A stretch of DNA of 64,000 nt from Candidatus Latescibacterota bacterium (GTDB lineage: Bacteria; Latescibacterota; UBA2968; UBA8231): assembly GCA_965217585.1 (NCBI GenBank), contig OZ244561.1, positions 3,456,001-3,520,000 on the forward strand. The letters run 5' to 3'. A program made the translations under genes and the position numbers. Positions 31,098 through 41,939 of this stretch are shown one piece after another. The notes under the pieces were generated by a model. The model ran no database searches. It saw nothing but the letters and a program-made list of their open reading frames with translations, and was not told the origin of the DNA. Each line of letters begins with the position of its first letter. Position 1 is the stretch's first letter.

Positions 31098-33415
31098 GGT
31101 GCTACGACCACCCGCACGCTCCAGCTCAATTCCGTCGGCGGAAGGCAACGGGTCTCGTCACAGGCCTGATATTGGACCAAGAACCGCACATCACCTACCG
31201 TCCCCGCCGCACTTTTGGGCAGCGACAAATCCGCCCACAGCGCGACCTGATCCTCGTACACCGAGAGCGTCTCTGCTAGGGCCGGGAAGGCCTGCGATCG
31301 GCCGATGGGATAGCGCACGCGAGCAAAGTCCAGCGGCCAGTCCGCATTGAGTGTCAGCGAGGTGGGAATGAGGAAGTCGCCCGAGGGCGGGTTGGCGTTG
31401 ATGTGCCAGCCCGGGCGGATGTCCAGATGCACGGCCACGGCAAAAGCCTCGCCCGCCACGGGCTGTTGCACGGGCAGTTCGACCCGCATGGAGACCAGCG
31501 AATCCGCTTGGGTGTCCTCTAATGCGGTTGCGGACAGCGACGCTTGCAGATGGCGCTCGACCGCAGCCGCCAAATGCACCGAGGCCGAGGGTTGCCCCCA
31601 CATGGCCCCGCCAAAAGCGGATAGGATTTGCGCCGCCCGGCTGAGATAGTGCGCTTGGCCCGTTAGCTCGGCCAAGTCTAGCAGCGCGTGGGCTGCCACC
31701 GCATTGCCCGAAGGCAGAGCCGAGTCCTGGGCGAATTTGCTCCGCACGATGAGCGCGTTGCTGGCTTCCGTAAAGAAAAATCCCCCAACCTCTTGGTCCC
31801 AAAACCGCGCCACCATCTCGGCGCTCAGCTCGCGCGCGGCCTGTAACCACCGCGTCTCGCCGGTCGCCCGGTACAATGCCGTCAGCCCGCGTGCCAAAAA
31901 CGCATAGTCGTTTAGATACGCCGCCTGCTGCGAAACCCCCAGCCGATGGACCCTCCACAACCCCCCGTCCTCGCGCCGCAGGTTCTTCAGAGCAAAATCG
32001 GCCGCTTGCTCGGCCGCCCGGCGATATGCGGGATCGCCCAAGACTGCGAAACCCCGCGCATACGCCTCGATCATCATCCCGTTCCAAGCGGTTAGCACCT
32101 TGTCGTCGAGGAGGGGATAGAGCCGTTCGGCCCGCGCCGCAAGGACGCGCTGCCGCACGGGTTCCATTTGCGCACGCAGCTCGGCATCGGCAAACGATGT
32201 CTCCACGTAGAGGACGCCCCCTTCGCCCTCGGGCATGGGGGCTAGCCCATAGACGCCCCAAAACAATTCCGCCTCGCGCCCCAACGCGTTTTCCAGATCG
32301 CTCGCAGTCCACAGGTAGTACTTGCCCTCTTCGGCTTCGGTCTCGGCGTCCAAGGCCGAGTAAAAAGCCCCCTCCGGCCCGGTCATCTCCCGCGCAACAA
32401 AGCGAAAAATATCCTCTGCCACCCACCGCCAGCGGTCGTCGCCCGTCAGTTCGTACGCACGCAAGTACAGCCGCGACAAATGGGCTTGGTTGTAGAGCAT
32501 CTTTTCGAAGTGCGGCACTTGCCACTCGGCATCCGTGGCGTAGCGGTGAAAGCCGCCGCCGATTTGGTCGTAGATGCCGCCGGCCGCCATCTGCTCCAGC
32601 GAGTGCAAAACGATGCGCTGTACTTGGGGATCGGCAAAGCGCTGGGCCGTGGCCATCAGCATCTCCAAGCGCAGGCTCGGGGGAAATTTGGGCGCGCCGC
32701 CAAAGCCGCCATTAATCGCGTCGTAGCGCCCCTGCACAGCGGCTAGCACCCGCGCTACTAGCAAAGAATCAGGAGGTACTGCTGACATCTGTTGTCCGGA
32801 TTCCAAGTCGCGGATGGCCGCGGTCAAGCGGGCCGCGATTTGGAGCACCTGCTCGCGCTGGTCCTGCCAGCGCTGGCGCGTGAAGTCCAAGACTTGGGGA
32901 AAGGAAGGCCGTCCAGGCAAAGGCTCGGGCGGAAAGTACGTGCCGGCGAAAAACGGCTCTTGGTCTGGCGTCAAAAACACCGAATTGGGCCAGCCGCCGT
33001 GCCGGGTAGTTAGTTGGGTCGCCAGCATGTAAATGCGGTCGATGTCGGGCCGCTCTTCCCGATCGACCTTAATGTTGATAAAGCTGGCATTCATCTGCGC
33101 CGCGATCTCGGCATTGGAAAAGACCAGTCGCTCCATTACGTGGCACCAATAGCAGGTCGAGTAGCCGACCGACAGAAAGATCGGCTTGTCCTCGGCCTTG
33201 GCCCGCGCCAGTGCCTCCTCTCCCCAGGGGTACCACTCGACCGGATTGTGCGCGTGCAGCAATAAGTATGGACTCGTCTCCCCCACCAGATGATTGCTGT
33301 ACTTCCACGAGCCATCCGCGTTCTTTAGCGCATCTCCTCCTGCAGCACCCGTGCCAAAAGTCGCGGTAAAGACCCCGAACCAAAAGCATCGGGATATGGA
33401 CAAAAGACGCGCCAA
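31094..33415 (-). CDS. YyaL/SSP411 (DUF255 thioredoxin + alpha/alpha barrel) protein with C-terminal DsbD-N-like domain
   Basis: [37 protein letters not shown]; C-terminal [15 protein letters not shown]; TTG start inferred. Confidence 0.85.
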   Translation of the reverse strand: MARLLSISRCFWFGVFTATFGTGAAGGDALKNADGSWKYSNHLVGETSPYLLLHAHNPVEWYPWGEEALARAKAEDKPIFLSVGYSTCYWCHVMERLVFSNAEIAAQMNASFINIKVDREERPDIDRIYMLATQLTTRHGGWPNSVFLTPDQEPFFAGTYFPPEPLPGRPSFPQVLDFTRQRWQDQREQVLQIAARLTAAIRDLESGQQMSAVPPDSLLVARVLAAVQGRYDAINGGFGGAPKFPPSLRLEMLMATAQRFADPQVQRIVLHSLEQMAAGGIYDQIGGGFHRYATDAEWQVPHFEKMLYNQAHLSRLYLRAYELTGDDRWRWVAEDIFRFVAREMTGPEGAFYSALDAETEAEEGKYYLWTASDLENALGREAELFWGVYGLAPMPEGEGGVLYVETSFADAELRAQMEPVRQRVLAARAERLYPLLDDKVLTAWNGMMIEAYARGFAVLGDPAYRRAAEQAADFALKNLRREDGGLWRVHRLGVSQQAAYLNDYAFLARGLTALYRATGETRWLQAARELSAEMVARFWDQEVGGFFFTEASNALIVRSKFAQDSALPSGNAVAAHALLDLAELTGQAHYLSRAAQILSAFGGAMWGQPSASVHLAAAVERHLQASLSATALEDTQADSLVSMRVELPVQQPVAGEAFAVAVHLDIRPGWHINANPPSGDFLIPTSLTLNADWPLDFARVRYPIGRSQAFPALAETLSVYEDQVALWADLSLPKSAAGTVGDVRFLVQYQACDETRCLPPTELSWSVRVVVAP

Positions 33416-33423
33416 GGAGCCCC

Positions 33424-34461
33424 CTACCCGATCATTTCTCGGGTCGCCTCCACCACGTAATTGACGTCCTCTAGGGCCACGTGCCGATTTGCCACCAGCC
33501 GCGCCCCATGCGGCGGACGCGGATTGCACAACACGCCCCGCGCCTTCCACTTGGCCACTAGATCGGCAGCCGACCACCCCAAGGCCGCAAAATCCACCTT
33601 GAGTATGTTGGTTGGTCGCGGCGGAAAAGTTACCTCAATGCCCTCGATTGCTCCCAACCCGGTGGCCAGTTCCCGCGCCACCGCGTGATCCTCGGCCAGC
33701 CGATCGGTCATCTGCTCTAGGGCCACGATTCCGGCCGCAGCCACGATTCCGGCTTGGCGCATGGCGCCGCCGAGCCGCTTGCGCATCCGATAGGCCCGAT
33801 CGACAAAGTCCCTGCTTCCGCATAGCAGCGAGCCAACCGGCGCGCTCAGTCCTTTGGAGATGCAGAACATCACGGAGTCAACGTGCTGAGTGTATTCTGG
33901 AACCGTCGTTCCGGCGGCGATGGCGGCGTTAAAAATGCGCGCCCCGTCCACGTGTAGTTTCAGCCCGTGTTCGCGGCACGCAGCACTCACTGCGGCCACC
34001 TCGGTGACCGACCAAGCGTGGCCAGCGTGGTTGTTGTGGGTGTTTTCGATGCAGACGACCTTGAGCGGGGCGAAGTGCGGGTTGTCGGCGCGGACTGTCT
34101 CGCGTACTTGGTCGGCGGTGATGACGCCGTGCTCGCCAGCAGCGATGCGCGCGGACAACCCGGCGAGCGAGGCGTAGGTGCCGGCCTCCCAGTAATACAT
34201 GTGAGCCTGCTCCTCAAAGAGCACTTCGTCTCCCCAGTTGGTGTGGGTCATCAAGGCGCAGGCATTGCCCATTGTGCCCGAAGGCACGTAGAGCGCGGCT
34301 TCCATGCCCACTTTTTCGGCAGCCAATTCTTGCAAGAGATTGACCGTTGGGTCTTCGCCGTACACGTCGTCGCCCAACGGCGCGCAGGCCATGGCCTCCT
34401 GCATGGCCTTAGTCGGCAGGGTAATCGTGTCGCTGCGCAGGTCTATTGTCTTGTCACTCAT
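33424..34461 (-). CDS. ltaE: Low-specificity L-threonine aldolase
   Basis: [41 protein letters not shown]. Confidence 0.92.
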   Translation of the reverse strand: MSDKTIDLRSDTITLPTKAMQEAMACAPLGDDVYGEDPTVNLLQELAAEKVGMEAALYVPSGTMGNACALMTHTNWGDEVLFEEQAHMYYWEAGTYASLAGLSARIAAGEHGVITADQVRETVRADNPHFAPLKVVCIENTHNNHAGHAWSVTEVAAVSAACREHGLKLHVDGARIFNAAIAAGTTVPEYTQHVDSVMFCISKGLSAPVGSLLCGSRDFVDRAYRMRKRLGGAMRQAGIVAAAGIVALEQMTDRLAEDHAVARELATGLGAIEGIEVTFPPRPTNILKVDFAALGWSAADLVAKWKARGVLCNPRPPHGARLVANRHVALEDVNYVVEATREMIG

Positions 34462-34549
34462 AATAGGTAAGCTCCTCGATTGACGCTGTAATTTGCTCGC
34501 CCTATTTTAGGCGGTCGCAAAATCTACAAATCACAAGGAGTTGCGTCCA

Positions 34550-36184
34550 ATGGCCTTTTCTTCCAAAGGAATCACCCACCGCAGCACCGCCACAGGCCGC
34601 CGTGGCATGATCGCCTCGGCGCATCCGCTCGCTTCTCTCGCTGGTATGCGCATCCTGATGGAGGGCGGCAATGCCATTGACGCGGCCATTGCCACGGCCG
34701 CGGCGCTCAACGTGGTCGAGCCGTATATGTCAGGCATTGGCGGTATTGGCTATCTGCACATCTACAGCGCCCGCGAAAAAGAGCACAAGATCGTCGACTA
34801 CGTCGGCCTCACCCCGCGCGCGGCCGCGCTGAATCTGTACGACAGCGACGACAAACAGGGGTTTGGTCCCCTCACGCCGTTAGTACCTGGTGCTTGCGGC
34901 GGCTGGCTGGCCGCGCTGGAGCGCTACGGCTCGATGGACGCCGCCCGCGTCTTCGCTCCAGCGATTGAGTACGCCGAGCAGGGCTACGCCCTCACGGTCA
35001 AGAACGCCTTTTTCTACGCGGGTGCGGCCTCAAGCCTGCGCCGCTTCAAGACCGGTGCCGACACCTACCTACTCGACGGCGCGGCCCCCGGGCCTGGGGA
35101 AGTGGTAGTGCAAAAGGCCCTTGCCGAAACCTTCCGCCAAGTTGCTGCCGAGGGCGCGGATGTCTTTTACAAGGGCGCGATTGCCGACCGCATCGTTCGC
35201 TATATGGAAGAGACCGGCGGCCTAATTACAAAAGAAGACCTCGCCGACTTTGCCCCGGCGTTCGTCGACCCAGTCTCCATCAACTATCGCGGCTATGAGG
35301 TCTTTGCGCCGCCGCCGCCCTGCCAAGCCGTCCAGTACTTGGAGACGCTGGCCATCATGGAGGGCTTTGACGTGGCCGACCTCGGCCACAACACCGCCCC
35401 GACCTTGCACCGCTTTATCGAGACAACCAAGCTGGCCATGGCCGACCGCATTGCCTACACGGCCATCGACAATCCACCGACAGCGGGCCTGCTGTCGAAG
35501 GAATACGCAAGCGAGCGGCGCGCGCTCATCGGCGACAAGGCCCAGTTTACCGCCGGCGAGCACCTCGTGCCCGGCGGCCCGGTTGGAGAGGTCAAAGCGG
35601 GCGACCCGCGCGCGTGGATGAGCGAATGCACGACTCATTTCGACACCATCGACGCCGATGGCAACGCCGTCGCCTGCACCCAGAGCTTGGGCGGCCCCTT
35701 TGGTTCGGCCATGGTGGTACCGGAGACCGGCGTTGCCCTCAACAACTTCATGCGCTGGTTCGACCGCGAGCCGACCAGCCCCAATGTCATCGGCCCGGCC
35801 AAGAAAAACGAGATGTGCGTCTCGCCGGCCCAGATTTGGGACGCCGACGGCCTGCGCCTGCTCATCGGTACCCCAGGGAGCTATGGCATCCTCCAGACGA
35901 CTCCGCAGATGATTATGAACATTCTCGATCACCAGATGAATGTCCAAGCCGCCATTGAGGCCCCCCGCGTCAAGACCGGGAGCCCCGGCTTTGTCGTCGA
36001 TGCTGAAAACCGCATTGACCGCGAGGTTTTCGCCGAACTGGAGCGCCGCGGGCACCAGTTCAATTTCCTCGGCGACTGGTCGGCTGGCGTTGGCGGCGGC
36101 CAAGGTATCATGGTCGATGCCGACACGGGTTCCTTTATGGGCGGAGCCGACCCGCGCCGCGACGGCTATGCCCTCGGTTGGTGA
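34550..36184 (+). CDS. ggt: Gamma-glutamyltransferase family protein
   Basis: GGNAIDAAIA, SGIGG, autocleavage TTHF, GTPG, GGADPRRDG. Confidence 0.9.
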   Translation: MAFSSKGITHRSTATGRRGMIASAHPLASLAGMRILMEGGNAIDAAIATAAALNVVEPYMSGIGGIGYLHIYSAREKEHKIVDYVGLTPRAAALNLYDSDDKQGFGPLTPLVPGACGGWLAALERYGSMDAARVFAPAIEYAEQGYALTVKNAFFYAGAASSLRRFKTGADTYLLDGAAPGPGEVVVQKALAETFRQVAAEGADVFYKGAIADRIVRYMEETGGLITKEDLADFAPAFVDPVSINYRGYEVFAPPPPCQAVQYLETLAIMEGFDVADLGHNTAPTLHRFIETTKLAMADRIAYTAIDNPPTAGLLSKEYASERRALIGDKAQFTAGEHLVPGGPVGEVKAGDPRAWMSECTTHFDTIDADGNAVACTQSLGGPFGSAMVVPETGVALNNFMRWFDREPTSPNVIGPAKKNEMCVSPAQIWDADGLRLLIGTPGSYGILQTTPQMIMNILDHQMNVQAAIEAPRVKTGSPGFVVDAENRIDREVFAELERRGHQFNFLGDWSAGVGGGQGIMVDADTGSFMGGADPRRDGYALGW

Positions 36185-37333
36185 GTGGTGAGCGCAGACG
36201 ACAACTGCACCAGCACCCCACACGTCGAATTCACCGGCGTCAGCAAAAGCTACGACGGTCGCAACTGGGTCGTGCGCGACCTTGACCTCTCCGTACACAA
36301 GGGCGAATTCCTCACCATGCTCGGGCCGTCTGGTTCCGGTAAGACGACCTGCTTGATGATGCTCGCTGGGTTTGAAACGCCAGCGTCTGGTGCCATCCAC
36401 ATCAATGGCGTGCCGGTCGGCGATTTGCCCCCCCACAAGCGCGACATCGGCGTCGTGTTCCAAAACTACGCACTCTTTCCGCACATGACGGTCGGCGGCA
36501 ACTTGGCGTTTCCGCTGGAAGTGCGCGGCATCGACCCCAGCGAGCGGCAGGAGCGGGTGGCCCGCACTCTGCGCCTCGTGCGCTTAGAAGGCCTGGAGGA
36601 TCGTCGCTCAGGGCAGCTATCCGGTGGTCAGCAACAGCGCGTTGCGATCGCCCGCGCTTTGGTCTTCGATCCGGAACTCGTGTTGATGGACGAGCCGCTC
36701 GGCGCACTAGACCGACGCCTGCGCGAGGAAATGCAGTACGAAATCCGCCGCATTCAGCGCACTTTGGGCATAACGGTCGTCTATGTCACGCACGATCAAC
36801 AGGAGGCCATGGTCATGTCGGATCGGGTCGCCGTCTTTCGCGGCGGCGCGATCGAGCAGATAGCATCCCCGGAGGTGCTTTACGAAGAGCCGGAACGCGC
36901 TTTTGTGGCCCATTTCATCGGCGAGAACAACCGCCTAAACGGCGTGGTGCGCACGGTCGGCGACGGCGTGTGCGAAGTGGAGGTCGGCGATGCGCTCATC
37001 AAGGCCGTGAGCTTGGAGCAATGCCCGCCGGGGGCTGCCGCGACGGTCGTCATTCGCCCGGAGCGAGTGGAGCTCTCGCCGGGTGCGGGCCTACACGCGT
37101 ACTCCAACGAGTTTGAGGCCGATATCGAGGATATAGCATTTCTCGGGGATCACCTGCGGCTGCGCCTAAAGCTGTGCGGGCACTCGGGCTTCATCGTCAA
37201 GATCCCCAACGTCGTGGGCCAGGGAGCGGTGTTGGAGGGAGATCGGGTCCGCGTCGGCTGGACCGCGCTGGACTGCCGCGCGCTGCAACCCGATGCTGCC
37301 GACGATGGAGAGGACCCATCGGCAAGTGGTTGA
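36185..37333 (+). CDS. Polyamine-type ABC transporter ATP-binding subunit (PotA-like)
   Basis: GPSGSGKT, VFQNYALFPHM, LSGGQQQR, TOBE-like tail. Confidence 0.92.
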   Translation: MVSADDNCTSTPHVEFTGVSKSYDGRNWVVRDLDLSVHKGEFLTMLGPSGSGKTTCLMMLAGFETPASGAIHINGVPVGDLPPHKRDIGVVFQNYALFPHMTVGGNLAFPLEVRGIDPSERQERVARTLRLVRLEGLEDRRSGQLSGGQQQRVAIARALVFDPELVLMDEPLGALDRRLREEMQYEIRRIQRTLGITVVYVTHDQQEAMVMSDRVAVFRGGAIEQIASPEVLYEEPERAFVAHFIGENNRLNGVVRTVGDGVCEVEVGDALIKAVSLEQCPPGAAATVVIRPERVELSPGAGLHAYSNEFEADIEDIAFLGDHLRLRLKLCGHSGFIVKIPNVVGQGAVLEGDRVRVGWTALDCRALQPDAADDGEDPSASG

Positions 37334-38558
37334 CCAAGTAACAGCAGAGACGGGTTTAGACGCGTCCAAGCAGCAGGCGCGACAGCGGCGGCGAGCGGTC
37401 GGGCTGGCTCTGCCGCTGATCGCCTTTGTTCTGGCGACCTTTGTCGCGCCGCTCGGCTCGTTGCTCGTGCGCAGCGCGTACGACCCTCTAGTCGCGGATG
37501 CGTTGCCGGAAACGCTCTCCCTATTGCGCGCATGGGACGGGACCGACGCCTTGGCGGAGCCTGTGTATGCCGCGGCCGCACGCGAGTTATTGCGGGCGCG
37601 GGAGGATCGCACCCTCGGCCAAATCGCCACGCGCGTCAACCGCATCAAGAGCGGCTTGCGCAGCGTCGTCACGCGCAGTGTGCGCAAGCTGCGCAACGCC
37701 AGCGGCGACTCTTGGCGCGAGACCATGATCGGCATCGACGCCGCTTGGGGCGAGCCGGATGTGTGGCTGGCGATTCGCAGCGCTGGGGAGCGGTTCACGT
37801 CTCGCCACTATATCAATGCGCTCGATCTCGTGCATCAACCCGATGGTAGCATTGTCCGGCAGCCGGAGGAACGCCGCATCTACCTGCCGCTCTTATGGCG
37901 CACGCTGGCCGTTAGTGCTGGCATTGCCGCGCTGTGCTTGGTCATTGGCTACCCGATTGCCCACTTGATCGCCAACGCGCCAACGCGCCGTGCCAACCTG
38001 CTGTTGTTGCTGGTGTTGGTGCCGTTCTGGACGTCCCTGTTGGTGCGGACGACGGCTTGGATCGTGCTGCTCCAGACTCAAGGCGTAATCAATAGCTTGC
38101 TGGTGGCGGTCGGACTGATCGCGGACGACGGTCGCATCGCCATGATATACAACATGACCGGCACGTTTGTGGCGATGACCCACGTGCTGCTTCCCTTCAT
38201 GGTGCTGCCGCTGTACTCGGTAATGCGTTCGATCCCGCCTTCGCACCTACAGGCCGCGGCTTCCCTCGGCGCGACCCCCTTTCAGGCGTTCTGGCGCGTC
38301 TATTGGCCGCAGACCTTGCCCGGTGTTGGCGCTGGGTTGCTGATGGTATTCATCCTCGCCATTGGCTACTACATCACGCCGGCGCTGGTCGGCGGGAGCA
38401 AGGGTCAGCTCATCTCCAACATGATCGCCTATCACATGCAGACCTCGCTCAACTGGGGACTCGCCGCTGCGCTCGCCGTCATCCTGCTCGTGGGCGTCAT
38501 CGCACTGTACGTGCTCTACGACCGCGTGGTGGGCATTGACCGCATGAGGCTGAGCTGA
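37326..38558 (+). CDS. Polyamine-type ABC permease (PotB-like) with large N-terminal extramembrane domain
   Basis: PFWTSLLVRT, LPFMVLPLY, AAASLGA; start uncertain (37293-37329). Confidence 0.88.
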   Translation: MVDQVTAETGLDASKQQARQRRRAVGLALPLIAFVLATFVAPLGSLLVRSAYDPLVADALPETLSLLRAWDGTDALAEPVYAAAARELLRAREDRTLGQIATRVNRIKSGLRSVVTRSVRKLRNASGDSWRETMIGIDAAWGEPDVWLAIRSAGERFTSRHYINALDLVHQPDGSIVRQPEERRIYLPLLWRTLAVSAGIAALCLVIGYPIAHLIANAPTRRANLLLLLVLVPFWTSLLVRTTAWIVLLQTQGVINSLLVAVGLIADDGRIAMIYNMTGTFVAMTHVLLPFMVLPLYSVMRSIPPSHLQAAASLGATPFQAFWRVYWPQTLPGVGAGLLMVFILAIGYYITPALVGGSKGQLISNMIAYHMQTSLNWGLAAALAVILLVGVIALYVLYDRVVGIDRMRLS

Positions 38559-39373
38559 TGTTTGGGCGGTGGGTCTATCTCGCGTTCTGCACGGCGGCGT
38601 TTGTCTTCTTGGTCGCGCCGATTTTGGTAATTGTGCCACTCAGCTTCAACGCGGAGCCGTATTTCACGTTTACCGAGGGCATGCTGAGCCTCGACCCAGA
38701 GGCGTATTCGCTGCGTTGGTATCGCAGCATCATCGAGGACGACGTATGGACCCGCGCCTTAATCAACAGCTTGGTCATCGGCGTCTCGGCGACCTTGCTC
38801 GCGACCTCGCTTGGCACCCTTGCGGCCCTCGGATTGGCGAATTCGGCTATGCCCGCTCGGAGGGCGGTGATGGGGCTATTGATTTCGCCGCTGATCACGC
38901 CGGTTATCATCGCCGCGGTCGGGATGTTCTTCTTTTATTCTAGCCTCGGCTTGGCTCAGACCCACCTCGGCATAATCCTCGCCCATGCCGTGCTCGGGGT
39001 GCCGTTTGTGGTGATTACCGTAACCGCCACGTTGTCGGGTTTCGACCAGAACTTGATGAGGGCCGCCGCCAGCCTCGGCGCGGGTCCGCTGCGCAGCTTC
39101 TGGCGCGTGCAGTTGCCGCTCATCGCACCTGGGGTTGCGTCTGGCGGGTTGTTCGCCTTTGCCGCTTCCTTCGACGAGGTGGTGGTGGTGCTGTTCATGG
39201 GCGGCTTGGAGCAGCGGACCATTCCGCGACAGATGTGGGCGGGCATCCGCGAGCAAATCAGCCCCACCATCCTAGCTGTGGCGACCTTTCTCATCGCGTT
39301 TGCTGTCTTGGTTTTGTTTACGGTAGAATGGCTGCGCCGTCGCGGGAGTGGAACCGACTCTCCCGCAGGATGA
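38558..39373 (+). CDS. Polyamine-type ABC permease (PotC-like)
   Basis: SLRWY, AAASLGA, SFDEVVV. Confidence 0.9.
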   Translation: MFGRWVYLAFCTAAFVFLVAPILVIVPLSFNAEPYFTFTEGMLSLDPEAYSLRWYRSIIEDDVWTRALINSLVIGVSATLLATSLGTLAALGLANSAMPARRAVMGLLISPLITPVIIAAVGMFFFYSSLGLAQTHLGIILAHAVLGVPFVVITVTATLSGFDQNLMRAAASLGAGPLRSFWRVQLPLIAPGVASGGLFAFAASFDEVVVVLFMGGLEQRTIPRQMWAGIREQISPTILAVATFLIAFAVLVLFTVEWLRRRGSGTDSPAG

Positions 39374-39482
39374 ATGCGATAGCCTAGCGACTAAGCCCGA
39401 ACCAAAAAGACCTTGAGGTACCCCTAAATTATGCGTATTACTTTGGGACGATGAATGAAATCCCAAATCAGGGAGGGGAATC

Positions 39483-40850
39483 ATGGACAACGAACTCAGC
39501 TCGCTGAGCGTCATATTCACCGAGTTTTACTACTGGATCACGGTGGTGTTGATGTTCTTCATCCACGTGGGATTCTGTATGTACGAAGTAGGCGTTTCGC
39601 GCCATAAAAACCACGTCCACACCCTGATGAAGAATACAATGCTCATCCCGCTGGTGACCATTACCTTCTTCTTCTTTGGGTGGTGGATCTACTTCGCCTT
39701 CCCGAACGGTCCGGGCATCATCGGCGGCCTCGTCGAGGCACCGCACGCGGTGGCTTGGAGCGAGCTGATGGGACCGCATCTGGGGGGTGCTGGAGATCCC
39801 GATGGCTGGGCGCGGCTCAACGGCGTGTTCTGGGCGGCGTTCCTGCTGTTTTCTTGGACCGCGGCCTCGATTGTCTCTGGATCGGTCATCGAGCGCATCC
39901 GCTCCTCCGCGTTCTGGATTTTGGCTATCCTCATCGGCTCGGTATTCTGGGTCATTGACGCTGCTTGGGGCTGGCACGCCGAAGGCTGGATGGTGCAGCT
40001 GCTGGGCTACCACGACGCCTATGCCTCTGGGGTCATTCACGCCATTGCCGGCGGCTTTGCCCTCGGCATCTTAGCCGTGCTGGGGCCGCGGATCGGCAAG
40101 TTTGCCGCCGACGGGACGCCGAGGAGCATCAACCCGCGCAACCCGTGGCTGGTGACCATCGGCCTCTTCCTCATATACACCGGCTTCTGGGGGTTCTACG
40201 TGGCCTGCAACGTCCCGATGTGGGACGTGCAGAGTGGCGACGGCGTTTTTTATTCGGCCACCAACATCTACTTGGCACCTACTACCCTATCCGCCATTAC
40301 GGTGAACTTTCTCATGGCCTTGGCCGGAGGCCTGCTCGCCGGCTACCTCGTCTCAAAGGGCGACGCGTACTGGACCTATTCGGCCGGCTTGGCTGGCATC
40401 ATCGCCGCATCGGCCGGCAACGACTTATACCACCCGGTGCAGGCTATGCTCATTGCCGCCCTCGGCGTCGTATTCATGTATAGGATGCACTACTGGGTGG
40501 AGCGCAGGTTCAAGATTGACGACGCCGTCGGGGCGGTGGCCGTACACGGCTACGCTGGCTTCTTTGGCGTCGTGGTCTGTGGCTTCGTGCTGTGGGGCTA
40601 TCCATCGTCGCCGAACGCGGGCTTTGCCAGCATCAACCCGCTGGGCCAAATCGCCGGCGCTTTGATCATGTTCGGACTGCTTGGCTTCATTCCGGGGTGG
40701 GTAGCGGCCAAAATTATTCACCGCCTCGGTGGGCTGCGCATTCCACGCGCGATTGAGCTGGCCGGCCTCGACTACGGCACGGCCTCTGATCGGGCCGCGG
40801 AGGAACAGGGCATCATTGACGCCGAGCGCGAAGAACTCGGCAAACTGTAA
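39483..40850 (+). CDS. Ammonium transporter family protein (divergent Amt)
   Basis: Multiple TM helices; IVSG..ER, twin His (SGVIH, DDAVGAVAVH), LGPRIGKF. Confidence 0.88.
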   Translation: MDNELSSLSVIFTEFYYWITVVLMFFIHVGFCMYEVGVSRHKNHVHTLMKNTMLIPLVTITFFFFGWWIYFAFPNGPGIIGGLVEAPHAVAWSELMGPHLGGAGDPDGWARLNGVFWAAFLLFSWTAASIVSGSVIERIRSSAFWILAILIGSVFWVIDAAWGWHAEGWMVQLLGYHDAYASGVIHAIAGGFALGILAVLGPRIGKFAADGTPRSINPRNPWLVTIGLFLIYTGFWGFYVACNVPMWDVQSGDGVFYSATNIYLAPTTLSAITVNFLMALAGGLLAGYLVSKGDAYWTYSAGLAGIIAASAGNDLYHPVQAMLIAALGVVFMYRMHYWVERRFKIDDAVGAVAVHGYAGFFGVVVCGFVLWGYPSSPNAGFASINPLGQIAGALIMFGLLGFIPGWVAAKIIHRLGGLRIPRAIELAGLDYGTASDRAAEEQGIIDAEREELGKL

Positions 40851-40901
40851 ACTCGGCGAGCCACTAGCTGAACCAAACACATACTCTACTAGGAGATCAT
40901 C

Positions 40902-41135
40902 ATGTCCACCGGAAACATCGAAAGTTGGAGCGGCAACATGGCCGAGATTGGGCCTCTCTACCCGTTTGTCGGTGCGGAGTTCGCGCTGTTCGTCGTGGGG
41001 ATGGTACTGTGGATTCTCTGGCACGTGCGGCAGGCCCGCATCGAGACGGAGCAGTACGAAGAAGAGGTGCAGCGCTTCGGCAGCCCCGAATCCCTGAGCA
41101 AGATCTTGGACGCGGAGGACCCCTATTCTCCATGA
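40902..41135 (+). CDS. Small single-TM hypothetical protein downstream of Amt
   Basis: AGGAG RBS; GPLYPFVG, TM segment, WH. Confidence 0.7.
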   Translation: MSTGNIESWSGNMAEIGPLYPFVGAEFALFVVGMVLWILWHVRQARIETEQYEEEVQRFGSPESLSKILDAEDPYSP

Positions 41136-41202
41136 GAATCGGCAGATACCCCTCCACGCGAGTCAGACAAAATCCATAAACACCGTGCCTGAAAGGAAAG
41201 GT

Positions 41203-41856
41203 ATGCTGAGATTCGCCGAAGAAATTATGCTTCTTTTGCTCGACGATGAAAATGGGAGCTTCGCCCGAGTGCCCGACCGGTTGGTGCGGTACGCCTTAGG
41301 CGGCGGGGTCCTGATGGAACTGGCGCTGGAAGACCGCATAGACACCGACTTGGACAAGCTGGTCCTCGTCGACAGCACTCCCTTACAAGATAGTCTAATC
41401 GACCCGACGCTAAGCGACATTGCCGCGGCGACCGAAACGCACGACACCCGTTACTGGCTAGAGCGCGCTGCCGCCCGCGCCGACGCGATCCGCGAGGGCG
41501 CGCTCCGCCGGCTGGTGCAGAAGGGCATTCTCGCGAGTGAGGAGGGGCGCTTCCTGTGGGTGTTTCGCTCGCGGCGCTACCCAGTTCTCGATGGCAAGGC
41601 CGAGTTAGAGGTCAAGCTGCGCATCATGGAGGTGCTGTTCAGCGATAAGATCCCCGACCCCCGCGACGTGGTCATTATCTGCTTAGCGGACGCCTGCGGA
41701 ATTTTCGAGCAGCTCTTGGCCAGCCGCGAGCTGGCTCGTGCGGCCGGGCGCATTGAACAGGTGCGCAAGCTGGACTTGATTGGCCAAGAAGTGACCAAGG
41801 CCATCTGGGACATTGAAGCGTCGCTCGCCCTCGCCGTGCAGCCGCACATGTATTAA
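41203..41856 (+). CDS. GPP34 (GOLPH3/Vps74-like) family protein
   Basis: FAEEIMLLLLDD..G, LMELAL..RI, LVQKGIL, FLW...RRYP. Confidence 0.8.
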   Translation: MLRFAEEIMLLLLDDENGSFARVPDRLVRYALGGGVLMELALEDRIDTDLDKLVLVDSTPLQDSLIDPTLSDIAAATETHDTRYWLERAAARADAIREGALRRLVQKGILASEEGRFLWVFRSRRYPVLDGKAELEVKLRIMEVLFSDKIPDPRDVVIICLADACGIFEQLLASRELARAAGRIEQVRKLDLIGQEVTKAIWDIEASLALAVQPHMY

Positions 41857-41875
41857 GCGCTGTCGTAACCCAATG

Positions 41876-41922
41876 AAAAAAGGCGCGAGAAGCACACACT
41901 GTCTGTGCTCCTCGCGCCTTTC
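41876..41922. terminator. Bidirectional terminator between convergent genes
   Basis: A-run, AGGCGCGAG.AGCAC...GTGCT.CTCGCGCCT, TTT. Confidence 0.75.
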
Positions 41923-41939
41923 TCGTGCCACAAGATAAG

